From: Lentisphaeria bacterium | Lineage (GTDB): Bacteria > Verrucomicrobiota > Lentisphaeria > JABSQK01 > JAWLHB01 | Length of the DNA: 64,000 nucleotides | Direction of reading: 5' to 3' | NCBI GenBank assembly: GCA_041690595.1 | Contig: JAWLHB010000007.1 | Span: 186,001-250,000, forward strand | Part shown: one piece after another, positions 1-9,866 of the stretch | Layout of the letters: the number at the start of each line of letters is the position of its first letter | Numbering within the stretch: the stretch's first letter is position 1 | The notes under the pieces: generated by a model | Databases searched by the model: none | Told to the model about the DNA's origin: nothing | What the model saw: only the letters and a program-made list of their open reading frames with translations | Program-made: the position numbers and the translations under genes

Positions 1-333
1 GAGCACGGCAACAAGATCGATGTTCGCTGGCTTGCGCTCACTGACCGGAGCGGCAGCGGCCTCCTTGTCACGGGGCCATCCAATCTCAGCTGCAATGCCA
101 CGCACTATCCAGCCTCGGATCTCATTACTGCCAGACATACCAATGAACTGACTCCCAGACCGGAGGTCTACCTTTACCTCGACTACAAGCAGCGCGGGCT
201 CGGCACCAACAGCTGCGGCCCCGACACGCTCGAGAAGTACCAGGTCAAGCCCGGCACGTATTCGTACACCTATCAGCTCATTCCCATTGAGGCAACCGCT
301 GCTCCCGCCGACCTCGCTCTTGCCTTTCGATGA
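1..333 (+). CDS. 3' end of beta-galactosidase (GH2, LacZ-type C-terminal small-chain domain), 5'-truncated by the window edge
   Basis: Frame 1 read manually: EHGNKIDVRWLALTD...ARHTNEL...LYLDYKQRGLGTNSCGPDTLEKY, stop TGA 331-333. Resembles the ENGNRxDVRW and GxxSCGP motifs of LacZ/EbgA C-termini. Confidence 0.8.
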   Translation, partial: EHGNKIDVRWLALTDRSGSGLLVTGPSNLSCNATHYPASDLITARHTNELTPRPEVYLYLDYKQRGLGTNSCGPDTLEKYQVKPGTYSYTYQLIPIEATAAPADLALAFR

Positions 334-387
334 CGGCATCGTCAGGCGGTCAGCGCAATTCTTAACCGTCGCATCATGGTTATTGGC

Positions 388-416
388 TTGTGAACGGTGT
401 TTGACGTGGCTACAGT
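388..416 (+). promoter_or_regulatory. Putative sigma70 promoter for prepilin-like gene 1
   Basis: TTGTGA (388-393), 17 bp spacer, TACAGT (411-416). Confidence 0.4.
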
Positions 417-464
417 AGTCGAAAGGAAGAGGAACCTCAAACTACACCATGGAGCAAGCCGCAG

Positions 465-1115
465 ATGAAAAGGCAGAGATTCACCCTTATCGAACTACTG
501 GTTGTGGTGGCGATTATAGCGATTCTGGCCTCGATGCTTCTGCCCGCGCTGGGCAAAGCCCGCCTGCGCGCCCGCAACATCCAGTGCAGCAACAACCTCA
601 AGCAGATCGGCCTGGGCATGATGGGTTACGGGGATGAGTATGATCGGTTTCCCGCCAGCACCACCAACAACGACCTGAAGGAACTGCGCTGGTACAAGAG
701 CGTTCAGCCCTACATCAATGCTGCCACTCCGACCAGTAACAACCGCATGCTCCAGTGTCCCGCCGACGTCAATATGCATGTCTACAAGATCAGCTATGGC
801 ATGAACTACTACTGGGGACTCTGGCTGAGTGCCGCGAGTGGATGGGACGTCGGGATGCCGAGCCGCTCGACGACGCCCAGCGATACCATTATCGTGGCCG
901 AAAGCGTCGATCCGACCAACTTTCCGGCTGCTCCCGGCAGTGGACACACCATCTTCTATCTGACGGCCAACTTCGGCGATCGCTTCGAGATTGCGCGTGC
1001 CAGCCGCCACCCCACCAACTGGAATGCCGTCTTCATCGACGGCCATGTGGAAGGTCGATCGGGTCGTCCCACGAACGTAGCGAAGAGCCCCTTCTGGGGC
1101 GATCCTCGTCCGTGA
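465..1115 (+). CDS. Prepilin-type N-terminal / H-X9-DG domain protein (DUF1559-like) #1
   Basis: [42 protein letters not shown] motif, C-terminal [14 protein letters not shown]. Confidence 0.9.
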   Translation: MKRQRFTLIELLVVVAIIAILASMLLPALGKARLRARNIQCSNNLKQIGLGMMGYGDEYDRFPASTTNNDLKELRWYKSVQPYINAATPTSNNRMLQCPADVNMHVYKISYGMNYYWGLWLSAASGWDVGMPSRSTTPSDTIIVAESVDPTNFPAAPGSGHTIFYLTANFGDRFEIARASRHPTNWNAVFIDGHVEGRSGRPTNVAKSPFWGDPRP

Positions 1116-1117
1116 GC

Positions 1118-4100
1118 CTACTCCCGCGGGCGTAAGGTAAAGGTTGTTTCGGTCGTGAGGTTGGTAAGGCGTTCGTTGAGGCGCAGTATCCATGTGCCTG
1201 GGGTATCGTTCAGGGCGGTGGGGATGCGCAGAGTGCCGCGGCCATCGCGCATGGAGACGTTGGTGGCGTAATGGGAGCGCGCCATGCCGTCGGGACCGAT
1301 GACGTCGGCCCGGATCACCGATACGGGCGCGGAGCAGCCACGCAACTCCACCTGCACGAGCTCGCCTGCCTGGACTTCCGTCAGTTCGGTCGAGGGTGGG
1401 GGGGCTGGCGCACTCTGCAGCGCCAGGAGCCTGACTTCGCCATGAGCCATGGTGAAGGCTATCCGCGTGCCTTCGCCGATCCATTCACCCGTGCGCACAT
1501 CGAGCGCCCGCGCCGCGGTCGGCAGGACCAAGAGCATCTCTCCGGCGGATTCGGGAAAGCGATGATCTTGGATCAGGCCGAGAAGGGGGATGTCACCGTT
1601 GGGGTACAGCATGCGTTCGATACCGTGAACGGCCTCGCCGTTCGGCCATTCCAACTTGGCGGGGGGCAGCACGTCGTGGCCGGTCAGCAGGTCGCGCAAG
1701 TGAGCCGACATCACCGCAAAGGCGGGGTCCGATGGTACGTAAGCGGGGAGGATGAAGTTCGCGTAGTGGGCCGCGCCGGCGCCGACCGACATGCTGGCAA
1801 TGGCAACGAGGCCACCGGCGAAGCGCGCGTTGGCCTCGGCGCCGACGAGGGCGATGGCATCGCCGCCGTGGAGTTGCACCGTGTCGTCGTCCGCCAGGGC
1901 CGTCAGACTGTAGGCCGGAAATCGTTGGGGCTGGCGACTGACGCCGAAGAGCTCCTTCAGCCAATGATCGTCAACCGGTGTTCCATCCCCATCCACGCTG
2001 CCGCAGTTGGGGCCGGCGATGATGGTGCCGCCGGCGCGGGCGAATGCCGCGATGGCGTCACGCGTTGCCGCATCCACGGATGGGGCGGAACCGAGAAAGA
2101 GGAGCTTGTAGTCCGCGAGTCTGCCATCGGCAATAAGCCTCGGGGTGACGAAATCCCATTGGTAACCGTTGTCTTCGATCAATTTGCGCATGTGCTCCAT
2201 GTTGGCGAGGTAGGCGCCCTGAGCGTTGGTGGGCATGCTGTCGTTCTTGTTGGTCGTGAGGGACTGCGCCCAGGCAGTGGCCAGAGACTCCTGGCTGAAG
2301 AAGATCGCGACCTCGGCCTGTGGCGCGGGCAGGTCGTGAAGCAGGCGCCCGACCCCTTCGAGCAAGGGACGCATCTCCTGACGAATGGAGGCCCATGCGG
2401 CGGTGGTGCGCAGATCGGCGGTGAAGTAGCTGTGCAGCGGATGACCGAAGTAGTAGAGGCTGGCGCCGCTCGCGCCATGCAGCGCCCAGTACCAGGGCAG
2501 ATAGGCGTTCGACTTGCCATGGCTGGCGCCATAGCCGAACCACCCGAGCTGCTTGCTCTCCGGCGCCAGCGACCGCACCAGTTCCCGCTCGTAAAGATAG
2601 TTGGGACTATCGAGCCCGTGGGGGCGCATGTCCATGGCGTAGGTGCCGAAGAGGTTCAGCCGGGTGGCCATGGCATCCATATCCCAGCCGGAGTACCAGC
2701 GCATCAGGCGCGTGTTCTCATAGCCGACCAGGCAGTGTGGAAGACGCGCGCGCACCAGGTCGCCCACCCGCGCACTGGCCGAGGTGAAGACATGATCCAT
2801 GAAGCGCCGGAAGACGACAAACTCGGCGACATTGTCGCGTTCCCTTGCCTGGCTGTAGGTGATCAACCCCGGCTCCTCGAAGGAGGCGTAGGTGGTGCTC
2901 CATGCCGTGTTCATCGCCTCGACGTTCCCGTACTTCTCCCGCAGCCATACGCGATAGGCAGCCAGCGTGTGCGCCGAGTCGCAGAGATCCAGGGTCGGGT
3001 TCGAGAGCACGAGAGCGGCCTCGTCCTCGATCACCAGCATGGCCGGATTGACGATCGCCATGTCTTCGCAGAAATTGCTGAAGGCTCGATCCAGTGTCGC
3101 CAGAGTCTCGGGATCGTTCAAGCAGGGGTGACGGGTGTTGCCGACCACCTTGGGATTGTCGGTGAAGTTGTGGCCGCGATAGCCACGATTGTTGAACTTT
3201 GTCTGGTATCCCCAGAACTGGGTGAGCATTTCTCCTTCGAGAGGGATCTGCAGGCCATTGAGGCCATCGCCGCCAGCCGCCAGAAAGCTGTTCACGCCCA
3301 TGTCGTCGCGCAGCAGGTCGATGATGGCCGGGACGGTATGCGGCGGAAAGACGGAGGTGCCAAGGACGGAAATGAGGAAGTTGAAGGTGTAGTCGTTGAG
3401 GCGCTCGGTGACGTCCAGGCGCTGATGGACGTACGTGTGCGCCGTCGTGATGCGCACCCCCTCCTGAACCAGCTCCACGGTGGCGATTGCCTCATGTCCA
3501 AGCCAGCCGGCCGGCTGCAGGTCGACCTGCCAGCGTCCGGCATCGTCGAGCGCCAGTGGCTGCTCGATCGTCGCCAGAAGTCGCTTCCGGTGATCGGTCA
3601 GCCGTGCATGAAGGTGATAGGCGCCATCGGACAGCCCCGCGGCTTGACCGCTGATGCGCACTGCCTTGCCGGGCGCCACGCGCGGCGTTGCCGCTTGCAG
3701 ATCGAGCAGCCGCTCCTTTCGTCCCCCCTGGCGATGGAGCAGCCGCCAATCGGTCACGCCGCCGTCGGCATCACACGCGCGCAGGATGAGGAACTGGGTG
3801 CCCGCCAGGCCAGTGGTGGGGAAGGGGACGCGTGCTTTGCCCGCGGCAAGGGGAAGCTCCTGCTCGCGCACCAGTCGCCAATAGCTGTCGCGGTGTTCCG
3901 TCTTGAGAGTGACGCCCGCAACCTCCACCTCGACCGCGTCGTCGCCCATGATCGTGCGGCCGGGGAGGTCGCGTTGCGCCGCCCAGCGGATGGCTCGCGC
4001 CATGAGGGCATAGTAACTCTCCCAGTAGGGCCAGGTACGCTCGCGGTACTGCTCGTAGCTCTGCCGGGTATCCGGATAGAGCCAGTAGCCGCGCACCGCG

Positions 4101-6373
4101 TGCAGCTTCAGGCTGACGGTTCGCCCGTTTCCGACTTGGCCAGCGGCCACGTCGCGCAAGTAGTTGGCGGGCAGCAGGGCCAGGGGCAGATCCGTGGTCA
4201 CGGGATGCGGCAGCGCCTGCTCCGGTGCACGGATATCGAAGATCGCTTCCAGATCGCCCGTGCCTGACGGCAGGCCACTGGTGGTCACCAAGCCGGTCCC
4301 TTCGCGCACGCGGTCGAGGATGGCCTCCCAGTAATCGCCCTGGGAGATCGGCATGCCGCAGACGATGACGTCATAGTAGCCTGCCTCCAGCCGCCGGTTC
4401 ACCTGCTCATGAGTGTAGGAGAGGAGCCGTCCCTCCCACGGCTTGATGACGTCGTAATCCAGGCCGATACGCTGGGCGATTTCGACTGGAATGCGCCCCT
4501 CGGCATAGTTGTTGTAGCTGCCGCTTTCGTCCTGGCCGCGCCCCGGGAGGATGAAGAGCACCTTCATCGGGCCGCCGCTCAAGGGGCGAGCCCAGGGCAG
4601 ATGGGGCGTCACCGGCGGCTCCCCGAGGGGCTGCATGTCCGCCTTGCGCAAGGCTTCGCCCTGATTACCGATATTGAGGCTGACCCGCGCCCCCGAAAGG
4701 CTGATGGCGGCAAAGCCGGCACTGCCATTATCGGCGGCCTGCACCAGCTCGATGGCGTCGACGGAACGGGTGTTGGCTGGAAAGCGCAGCGTCGCTTTTG
4801 CCGGCGCAAAGGCCTGGTCCTGCCGCGGCTCTCCCAGCGCGTCCAGCACGCCAGTGCTGCCGTCATCCAGAGTATAGGTCAGGCGGACGAGGGGCCGACC
4901 GCCGCCGCGGCCGATAAGCTCTGCTTTCAGGCGATACTCACCACCCCCCGGCCATGCCAGGCCGATCGGTTGACTGGCGATCGTCCCCGCTGCGTCACGG
5001 ACCACCGCCCAATTGCCGCTCAGCTGACGGGTCTCTTCGCAGCGACTTTCCGGCGCCAGATCCCACCCATCCGCCGGCACCTCGTTATAGCCGGGATTGA
5101 AATCGCCGTTGCTGACCAGGTCGATGCGGCTCTCGCGCTTCCATGGGCCGATGCCACGCAGGCGCCCTTCGGAAGGCAGGGAGCCGTCGATGAAGTAGCC
5201 GCGCGGGAAGAATTCCGGAGTCCGGTAGTAGCGTGCGGTTCCCATGAAGCTCCACGTGGTCCAGGCCTTGTTGACCATATCGTTGAAGCAAAGCTGCATC
5301 CCCCATTCTTCGCTCGGCAGGGGAGCGGCTTCGCGACCGAAAGCTGCCCAGGGGATCGCTGCCTCCATGGTCAGCAGCCCGTCGGTGCTCCGCGCCTGGA
5401 GACTGACGGGAGCGCCATCACGCGGTTTGCCATCCACGTAATGTTTCGTCTCGCCCTCCTGGGCAAGTATCCACTGGTAGACGGGGCCTTGACGATCCGG
5501 CTGCGCGAAGAACTCCACGGTATCGGCGGCGCCATCCGCGGCGCCGGCCACGCTGAAGAGCAGGTAGAGGTGCTGGGCGTCCGCCGCCAGGCGGAAGGAG
5601 CCGGAGCGTCGCGCTGGCGTCGGCTCGCTTTTCACCCGCATGTCATGGAAGCCCACGTACTCTGGAAGGGTCGCCCAGATCGCCTCGTCGCCGGCGCCGT
5701 CCACGGTGACAGGCGCCTCGATGCGGGCCACCTTCAGGGCGGGTCGATAGAGGAGTTCCTCGCGTGCGCCGATGGAGAGATCGTCCAGCCACACGCTTTT
5801 CACCAGTCCCCGCTGGTGCAGGTAGAGCCGAAAGAGGTCGACATAGCCCACCGCGTGCAGCATGGGCAGTCCCATCGCTCCATGACGATCGTCAAGAACG
5901 ATGTCGTAGGTACCGGCGCTGCAGTCAAAGTAGAGCTTCAGGTGATACCATCGTTCGCTCTCCAGCGGTGCCTCCGGGAAGAGCGGTTCCATGCCGTCCG
6001 GGGTGTGCCGCTGCAGCGCCTCCCCATCCCGCATCGAGAGTCGAAAGATATCTTCGTTGTTGCCCTTGAGGTAGAACTTGAGCCAGGCGCCCTTCTCCAG
6101 CTTGAGTCGCAGGGAGAGAACACCATTGATCATGCGTCCGAAGCTGGCCGAGACATTGCAGACTTCGCCATTTCCCAGGCTTTCGATCTGGAGACACTGG
6201 TCTCCGGCGGCCTCGTCTCCACCGGCGACCCGGGCAAACGTTCCTTTCTCCAGACGCATTCCAGCTTGCTCCAACTCGCCCCGGCTGCTAAAGTCAAACC
6301 AGAGCGCTTCGGCCATTGCCGTGCAGGAGACGCATAGCAGGGCGATTGCAGCCAGGGGTAGTCGATGCTTCAT
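1118..6373 (-). CDS. Giant secreted multidomain glycoside hydrolase-like protein, 1751 aa (beta-sandwich/CBM9-like modules + GH42-like domain + trimerisation domain)
   Basis: True start MKHRLPLAAIALLCVSCTAMA (signal peptide) at 6373 inside the 2217-aa ORF. CBM9-like VDGAGDEAIW...YLLF...MEAAIPW; GH42-like YRVWLREKYGNVEAMNTAWSTTYASF; trimerisation-like VAIFFS...WDFV...YKLLFL...FARAGGTII. Confidence 0.7.
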   Translation of the reverse strand: MKHRLPLAAIALLCVSCTAMAEALWFDFSSRGELEQAGMRLEKGTFARVAGGDEAAGDQCLQIESLGNGEVCNVSASFGRMINGVLSLRLKLEKGAWLKFYLKGNNEDIFRLSMRDGEALQRHTPDGMEPLFPEAPLESERWYHLKLYFDCSAGTYDIVLDDRHGAMGLPMLHAVGYVDLFRLYLHQRGLVKSVWLDDLSIGAREELLYRPALKVARIEAPVTVDGAGDEAIWATLPEYVGFHDMRVKSEPTPARRSGSFRLAADAQHLYLLFSVAGAADGAADTVEFFAQPDRQGPVYQWILAQEGETKHYVDGKPRDGAPVSLQARSTDGLLTMEAAIPWAAFGREAAPLPSEEWGMQLCFNDMVNKAWTTWSFMGTARYYRTPEFFPRGYFIDGSLPSEGRLRGIGPWKRESRIDLVSNGDFNPGYNEVPADGWDLAPESRCEETRQLSGNWAVVRDAAGTIASQPIGLAWPGGGEYRLKAELIGRGGGRPLVRLTYTLDDGSTGVLDALGEPRQDQAFAPAKATLRFPANTRSVDAIELVQAADNGSAGFAAISLSGARVSLNIGNQGEALRKADMQPLGEPPVTPHLPWARPLSGGPMKVLFILPGRGQDESGSYNNYAEGRIPVEIAQRIGLDYDVIKPWEGRLLSYTHEQVNRRLEAGYYDVIVCGMPISQGDYWEAILDRVREGTGLVTTSGLPSGTGDLEAIFDIRAPEQALPHPVTTDLPLALLPANYLRDVAAGQVGNGRTVSLKLHAVRGYWLYPDTRQSYEQYRERTWPYWESYYALMARAIRWAAQRDLPGRTIMGDDAVEVEVAGVTLKTEHRDSYWRLVREQELPLAAGKARVPFPTTGLAGTQFLILRACDADGGVTDWRLLHRQGGRKERLLDLQAATPRVAPGKAVRISGQAAGLSDGAYHLHARLTDHRKRLLATIEQPLALDDAGRWQVDLQPAGWLGHEAIATVELVQEGVRITTAHTYVHQRLDVTERLNDYTFNFLISVLGTSVFPPHTVPAIIDLLRDDMGVNSFLAAGGDGLNGLQIPLEGEMLTQFWGYQTKFNNRGYRGHNFTDNPKVVGNTRHPCLNDPETLATLDRAFSNFCEDMAIVNPAMLVIEDEAALVLSNPTLDLCDSAHTLAAYRVWLREKYGNVEAMNTAWSTTYASFEEPGLITYSQARERDNVAEFVVFRRFMDHVFTSASARVGDLVRARLPHCLVGYENTRLMRWYSGWDMDAMATRLNLFGTYAMDMRPHGLDSPNYLYERELVRSLAPESKQLGWFGYGASHGKSNAYLPWYWALHGASGASLYYFGHPLHSYFTADLRTTAAWASIRQEMRPLLEGVGRLLHDLPAPQAEVAIFFSQESLATAWAQSLTTNKNDSMPTNAQGAYLANMEHMRKLIEDNGYQWDFVTPRLIADGRLADYKLLFLGSAPSVDAATRDAIAAFARAGGTIIAGPNCGSVDGDGTPVDDHWLKELFGVSRQPQRFPAYSLTALADDDTVQLHGGDAIALVGAEANARFAGGLVAIASMSVGAGAAHYANFILPAYVPSDPAFAVMSAHLRDLLTGHDVLPPAKLEWPNGEAVHGIERMLYPNGDIPLLGLIQDHRFPESAGEMLLVLPTAARALDVRTGEWIGEGTRIAFTMAHGEVRLLALQSAPAPPPSTELTEVQAGELVQVELRGCSAPVSVIRADVIGPDGMARSHYATNVSMRDGRGTLRIPTALNDTPGTWILRLNERLTNLTTETTFTLRPRE

Positions 6374-6424
6374 GGTATTCACTCTCCGGAAGAGTTGTAA
6401 GGACTGAAAGATTCCGCTATGATC

Positions 6425-6435
6425 TGTACAGTACA
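6425..6435. promoter_or_regulatory. Palindrome TGTAC-A-GTACA in divergent intergenic region, candidate GntR/AraR-type operator
   Basis: Inverted repeat between divergent starts at 6373 and 6473; resembles the B. subtilis AraR site core TGTACGTACA with one extra central base. Confidence 0.4.
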
Positions 6436-6472
6436 AGTTTCCCCACAATAAGCTTAAAACAAGGTTTTGGCC

Positions 6473-7780
6473 ATGCCGGGAATCGAACATACCCATATCA
6501 CCCGTCTCGCCTGTAGCCGACTTCCTTCGTGGCAGCAGCAGTTCATCGATAGCCAGCGGCAGGCGCTCATCGACACGTACTGCAAGCTGCCCGACATGTA
6601 CTTCGATACCACCGGGGAGAACTACCTTTTCGCCAATCGCTACTACTTTGCCACTGACGGCATCCAGTTCCACTATCTTCCCGATACACCCGTGGTGCCC
6701 CTTTACCGCTACTACGGCGTCGATCGTGAGCAGCAGCGCCTGCATCTGCTGCAGGATTACAAGAACAGCAATTGGCGCCATGCGTCCCGGGGCTTCACCT
6801 GGTACACCCGCCATGCCATCGAGGCGTTGCGCGAAGGGAATCTGGCAGACGGCTTGGCTTATGCCGGTTGGCTCCTCCACATGCTGCAGGACTACAGCTA
6901 CGGTAATCACAGCCTGGAAGGTCCGTACGGCACCGACATCTTTGTCCTCAATCGCCTCTTTCCCGAAGCCGACGATCCGGATCTCGACCCGATGACCATT
7001 GTCAGCCGCTCCGCTCCGCCGCCGGAAGCCGATCAGCTTGTCGATCTCACGCCGCGGCTGCTCGGCGTCACCCCCGAAGAGATTGCCCTTCATCTTTACA
7101 CGGAGCACCTTCGCACCACCTGCCAGGCGCGACAGCTCTGCCTGCAGATCGTCGTCAATGCCCGGCAGAACAATGCGCACCTCAACGCAGAACTTTTTCA
7201 CCGCATGTATCGCGGCGCGGTTCAGCTCAGCGCCAGCGTTCTCTATACGCTTGTCTGCAATGCGAGCCAGCAGTGGCCGGAGACGGATCTGGATGCGCTT
7301 CGACGCGTCTGGCTCAGCGATCTCGAGCCGATTCAACGCCCGTGGCTCCTTTCCTCGCCGTACCGCACGCGCGCTCTCATGCGCGACACGGCGCTGGCTC
7401 CGGATCGTACCCGCATCCCACTCTCCATTCTCCCGGCCAAGGGAGAGCCGGCCACGACGATTGGGAAGGGCTTTGGCCTGGGCGCACACTACGAATGCCG
7501 CATTGCCTACGAGCTTCCCGCGGGGCTCTATGATCGCTTCACCTGCCGCATCGGCCTGCAGTCCCAGGTGGCGGAGTTGGGTGATGTGCGCGTGGCCTTG
7601 ACTGTTGACGGCAGGGAGCAGGCAGCGGGGCGTCTCCATGCCGACCAACCTGCCATCGCGGTGGATGTGGCTGATCCCGCCGGCCGGCTGGAACTCTCCG
7701 TCGTCAGCGATGTCGGACTGGCTGCTCCGCACAATCATCTTGTCTGGGCGGAGCCACTGCTTCACCGGCATTCGATCTAA
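6473..7780 (+). CDS. Zn-dependent phospholipase C/S1-P1-like domain fused to C-terminal NPCBM/NEW2 carbohydrate-binding domain
   Basis: N-terminal EHTHIT and GWLLHMLQDYSYGNH (HxxxD...H); C-terminal KGFGLGAHYECRIAYEL...FTCRIGL...VDG NPCBM pattern. Confidence 0.6.
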   Translation: MPGIEHTHITRLACSRLPSWQQQFIDSQRQALIDTYCKLPDMYFDTTGENYLFANRYYFATDGIQFHYLPDTPVVPLYRYYGVDREQQRLHLLQDYKNSNWRHASRGFTWYTRHAIEALREGNLADGLAYAGWLLHMLQDYSYGNHSLEGPYGTDIFVLNRLFPEADDPDLDPMTIVSRSAPPPEADQLVDLTPRLLGVTPEEIALHLYTEHLRTTCQARQLCLQIVVNARQNNAHLNAELFHRMYRGAVQLSASVLYTLVCNASQQWPETDLDALRRVWLSDLEPIQRPWLLSSPYRTRALMRDTALAPDRTRIPLSILPAKGEPATTIGKGFGLGAHYECRIAYELPAGLYDRFTCRIGLQSQVAELGDVRVALTVDGREQAAGRLHADQPAIAVDVADPAGRLELSVVSDVGLAAPHNHLVWAEPLLHRHSI

Positions 7781-7799
7781 CCCACCGGAACTCGTCGCT

Positions 7800-8702
7800 A
7801 TGGGATTTAAACTGGATCTTCATGAGCCACTCGGCCAAGGCATCCGCCGCATCATGCGTGAACAGATCGAATCAGCACTCAAGGATCTGGACTGCCCTGA
7901 CGAGAAGCTTCATGACGGCGTGCACGACGCGCGAAAAGGCTTCAAGAAGATCCGGGCGCTCCTTCGCCTGGTGCGTGAGCCCCTTGGCCAGCCCCATTAT
8001 CGGCAGGAGAACCGTCGCTATCGGGATGCCGGTCGCCGGATTTCCCTGGTTCGCGACAGCAAGGTGCATGTTGAAACGCTTGACGATCTCTGCGCGGCAC
8101 TCCCGGAGGAGATACCGGCGGAAAGCTGCGCCCTCGCCAGGCAGATCCTGCTTGACCGCCACGAGCAGCTCCTCGACCAGATTCTTGCCGCCGGCATTGC
8201 CAGACGGCGCGTTCAGCTTGTCCTTCAAGAGGGACTCCTCGATCTCGAGAGCTGGCCCGATTTCGAAGATGACTTCAGTACTCTTCAGCCTGGGCTGATC
8301 GCCAGCTACGGCAGTGGGCGGAAGAGGTACCGCGCCTCCCTGAAGAGGCCGTCGACGGAGCTGCTGCATGAGTGGCGCAAGCAGGTCAAGTATCTCTGGT
8401 ACCAGCTGCGCCTCCTGCCGCCACTCTGGCCGGCGATTATCGACCCGTTCGCGGAGGCTTGCCATACGCTCTCCAGCGCTCTGGGCAGCGATCACGACCT
8501 GGCCCTTCTGGACGTAGAGCTGCGGCAGTTCGAAATTCCCGAGGAGGATCGGCAGACAATCACCCGGTTGATCGAATCGCGTCGACACCAGGTTCAGCTT
8601 CAGGCGTGGGATCTTGGCATGCGCCTCTACGCCGAGACTCCGGCCGCTTTCGCCAAACGCCACCACGCCTACTGGAACGCGGCGAGGCCGCTTCAGTCAT
8701 AG
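7800..8702 (+). CDS. CHAD domain protein
   Basis: VHDARKGFKKIRALLRL, LHEWRKQVKYLWYQ, LGSDHDLA; ATG at 7800. Confidence 0.9.
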   Translation: MGFKLDLHEPLGQGIRRIMREQIESALKDLDCPDEKLHDGVHDARKGFKKIRALLRLVREPLGQPHYRQENRRYRDAGRRISLVRDSKVHVETLDDLCAALPEEIPAESCALARQILLDRHEQLLDQILAAGIARRRVQLVLQEGLLDLESWPDFEDDFSTLQPGLIASYGSGRKRYRASLKRPSTELLHEWRKQVKYLWYQLRLLPPLWPAIIDPFAEACHTLSSALGSDHDLALLDVELRQFEIPEEDRQTITRLIESRRHQVQLQAWDLGMRLYAETPAAFAKRHHAYWNAARPLQS

Positions 8703-9832
8703 CGGCCGTAGTTTTCGCAGACTTCGACCAGCTTGCGGATGTTGGCATCGGGAGTGTCGCGGCCACACTGGTCGCCGGTTGAGAGGATGAAGCCGCCACC
8801 GGCAGCCGCATCGTCGATTGCCTGGCGTGCCGCGGCTTCCACCTGCGCCACGCTGCCACGCAGCATGATATCCGTCGTGTGCAGATTTCCCATGAGCGCG
8901 ATGCGGTCGCCATAGCGTTGCTTGATGTCGGCCAGAACGCAGTCGCCCATTGGGGGGATCTCCAGCGGATTGATGCAGTTCAGGTCCGTCTCCTCGACAG
9001 CACGCTGCACCAGGTAGGCCTCTTTGCCGCAACTGTGGAGCATGGTCGCCACGCCCGCTGACTTGCACATCGCTGTCAGCTTTTTCAGCGTGGGGAGCGC
9101 ATACTTGTCGAAGAGGGTTGGATTGGCCAGGGTGATGCTGCCGGAGCCGCCGAGCAGGACATAGTCGAAGAGGCCGGAGTCGAGGATCATCTCCATCTGA
9201 GTGACGACGACCTTCTCGTGCAGCTCCCGCCATTCTTCGAGGAAGGCCGGACAATCCATTTCGGCATAGACCAGAGGCGCCACGCCGCCTTCCATGTATC
9301 CCATCCAGTTCTGGAAGCCGGGATAGCCGATACATGCGCCAAAGGCGTGATGTTCACCGACCTCCTGCTTCTGCCGTAGCGCTGGCTCGGTGGTATAGCC
9401 GGTCGGCACGGGAAAGAGATGGCGCAGCTTGGGAAAGTCTCGCGCCAGGTCCTTGACCAGCTTCTCGGTCGGAGTTGGCGGATCGCTCACATAGTAAGTC
9501 GTTTCGCCGGTGAGTTCGCCATCCGGGGTGGTGATGACCGTGCGCTGGACGAGACGCTCCTCGCTCCGAGCCACGATCTCATGAGAATATTCGACGCCCG
9601 TGGCATCATGATGGAAGCCGAGGTGCCCGTCGTAGAACCAAGCGTCGATACCGAAATGATTGGCCGCCGCCAGGTATGCGCGCCAGAGGGGCGGATCCAG
9701 GTGAAGGTAGATGTCCCAGAAGGGTTTTCCGGTCAGCCGGCAGGGGATCATGTTACTGAAATCCGGGGTGCACGGCACCTGATCCGGCTGGCCCCCTGTC
9801 ATGGCGGTCAGCAAGCGTTCGCGACTGTTCAT
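8693..9832 (-). CDS. Uroporphyrinogen decarboxylase-like (URO-D/MtaA-CmuA family) protein
   Basis: MNSRERLLTAM.G..PD.VP, LHSCG, ALMGNL, GGFILSTGDQCG. Confidence 0.85.
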   Translation of the reverse strand: MNSRERLLTAMTGGQPDQVPCTPDFSNMIPCRLTGKPFWDIYLHLDPPLWRAYLAAANHFGIDAWFYDGHLGFHHDATGVEYSHEIVARSEERLVQRTVITTPDGELTGETTYYVSDPPTPTEKLVKDLARDFPKLRHLFPVPTGYTTEPALRQKQEVGEHHAFGACIGYPGFQNWMGYMEGGVAPLVYAEMDCPAFLEEWRELHEKVVVTQMEMILDSGLFDYVLLGGSGSITLANPTLFDKYALPTLKKLTAMCKSAGVATMLHSCGKEAYLVQRAVEETDLNCINPLEIPPMGDCVLADIKQRYGDRIALMGNLHTTDIMLRGSVAQVEAAARQAIDDAAAGGGFILSTGDQCGRDTPDANIRKLVEVCENYGRYD

Positions 9833-9866
9833 AGTCCTGATTCCCCCTGTTGCCTCCCCGTAGTGA

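Noticed and set aside
1271..6337. Long plus-strand ORFs (998 aa, 642 aa)
   Set aside because: Antisense shadows of the giant minus-strand gene, typical of high-GC codon bias.
6374..7771. N-terminal 466 aa of the 2217-aa minus-strand ORF
   Set aside because: Antisense to the real 6473-7780 gene; the signal peptide starts at 6373.
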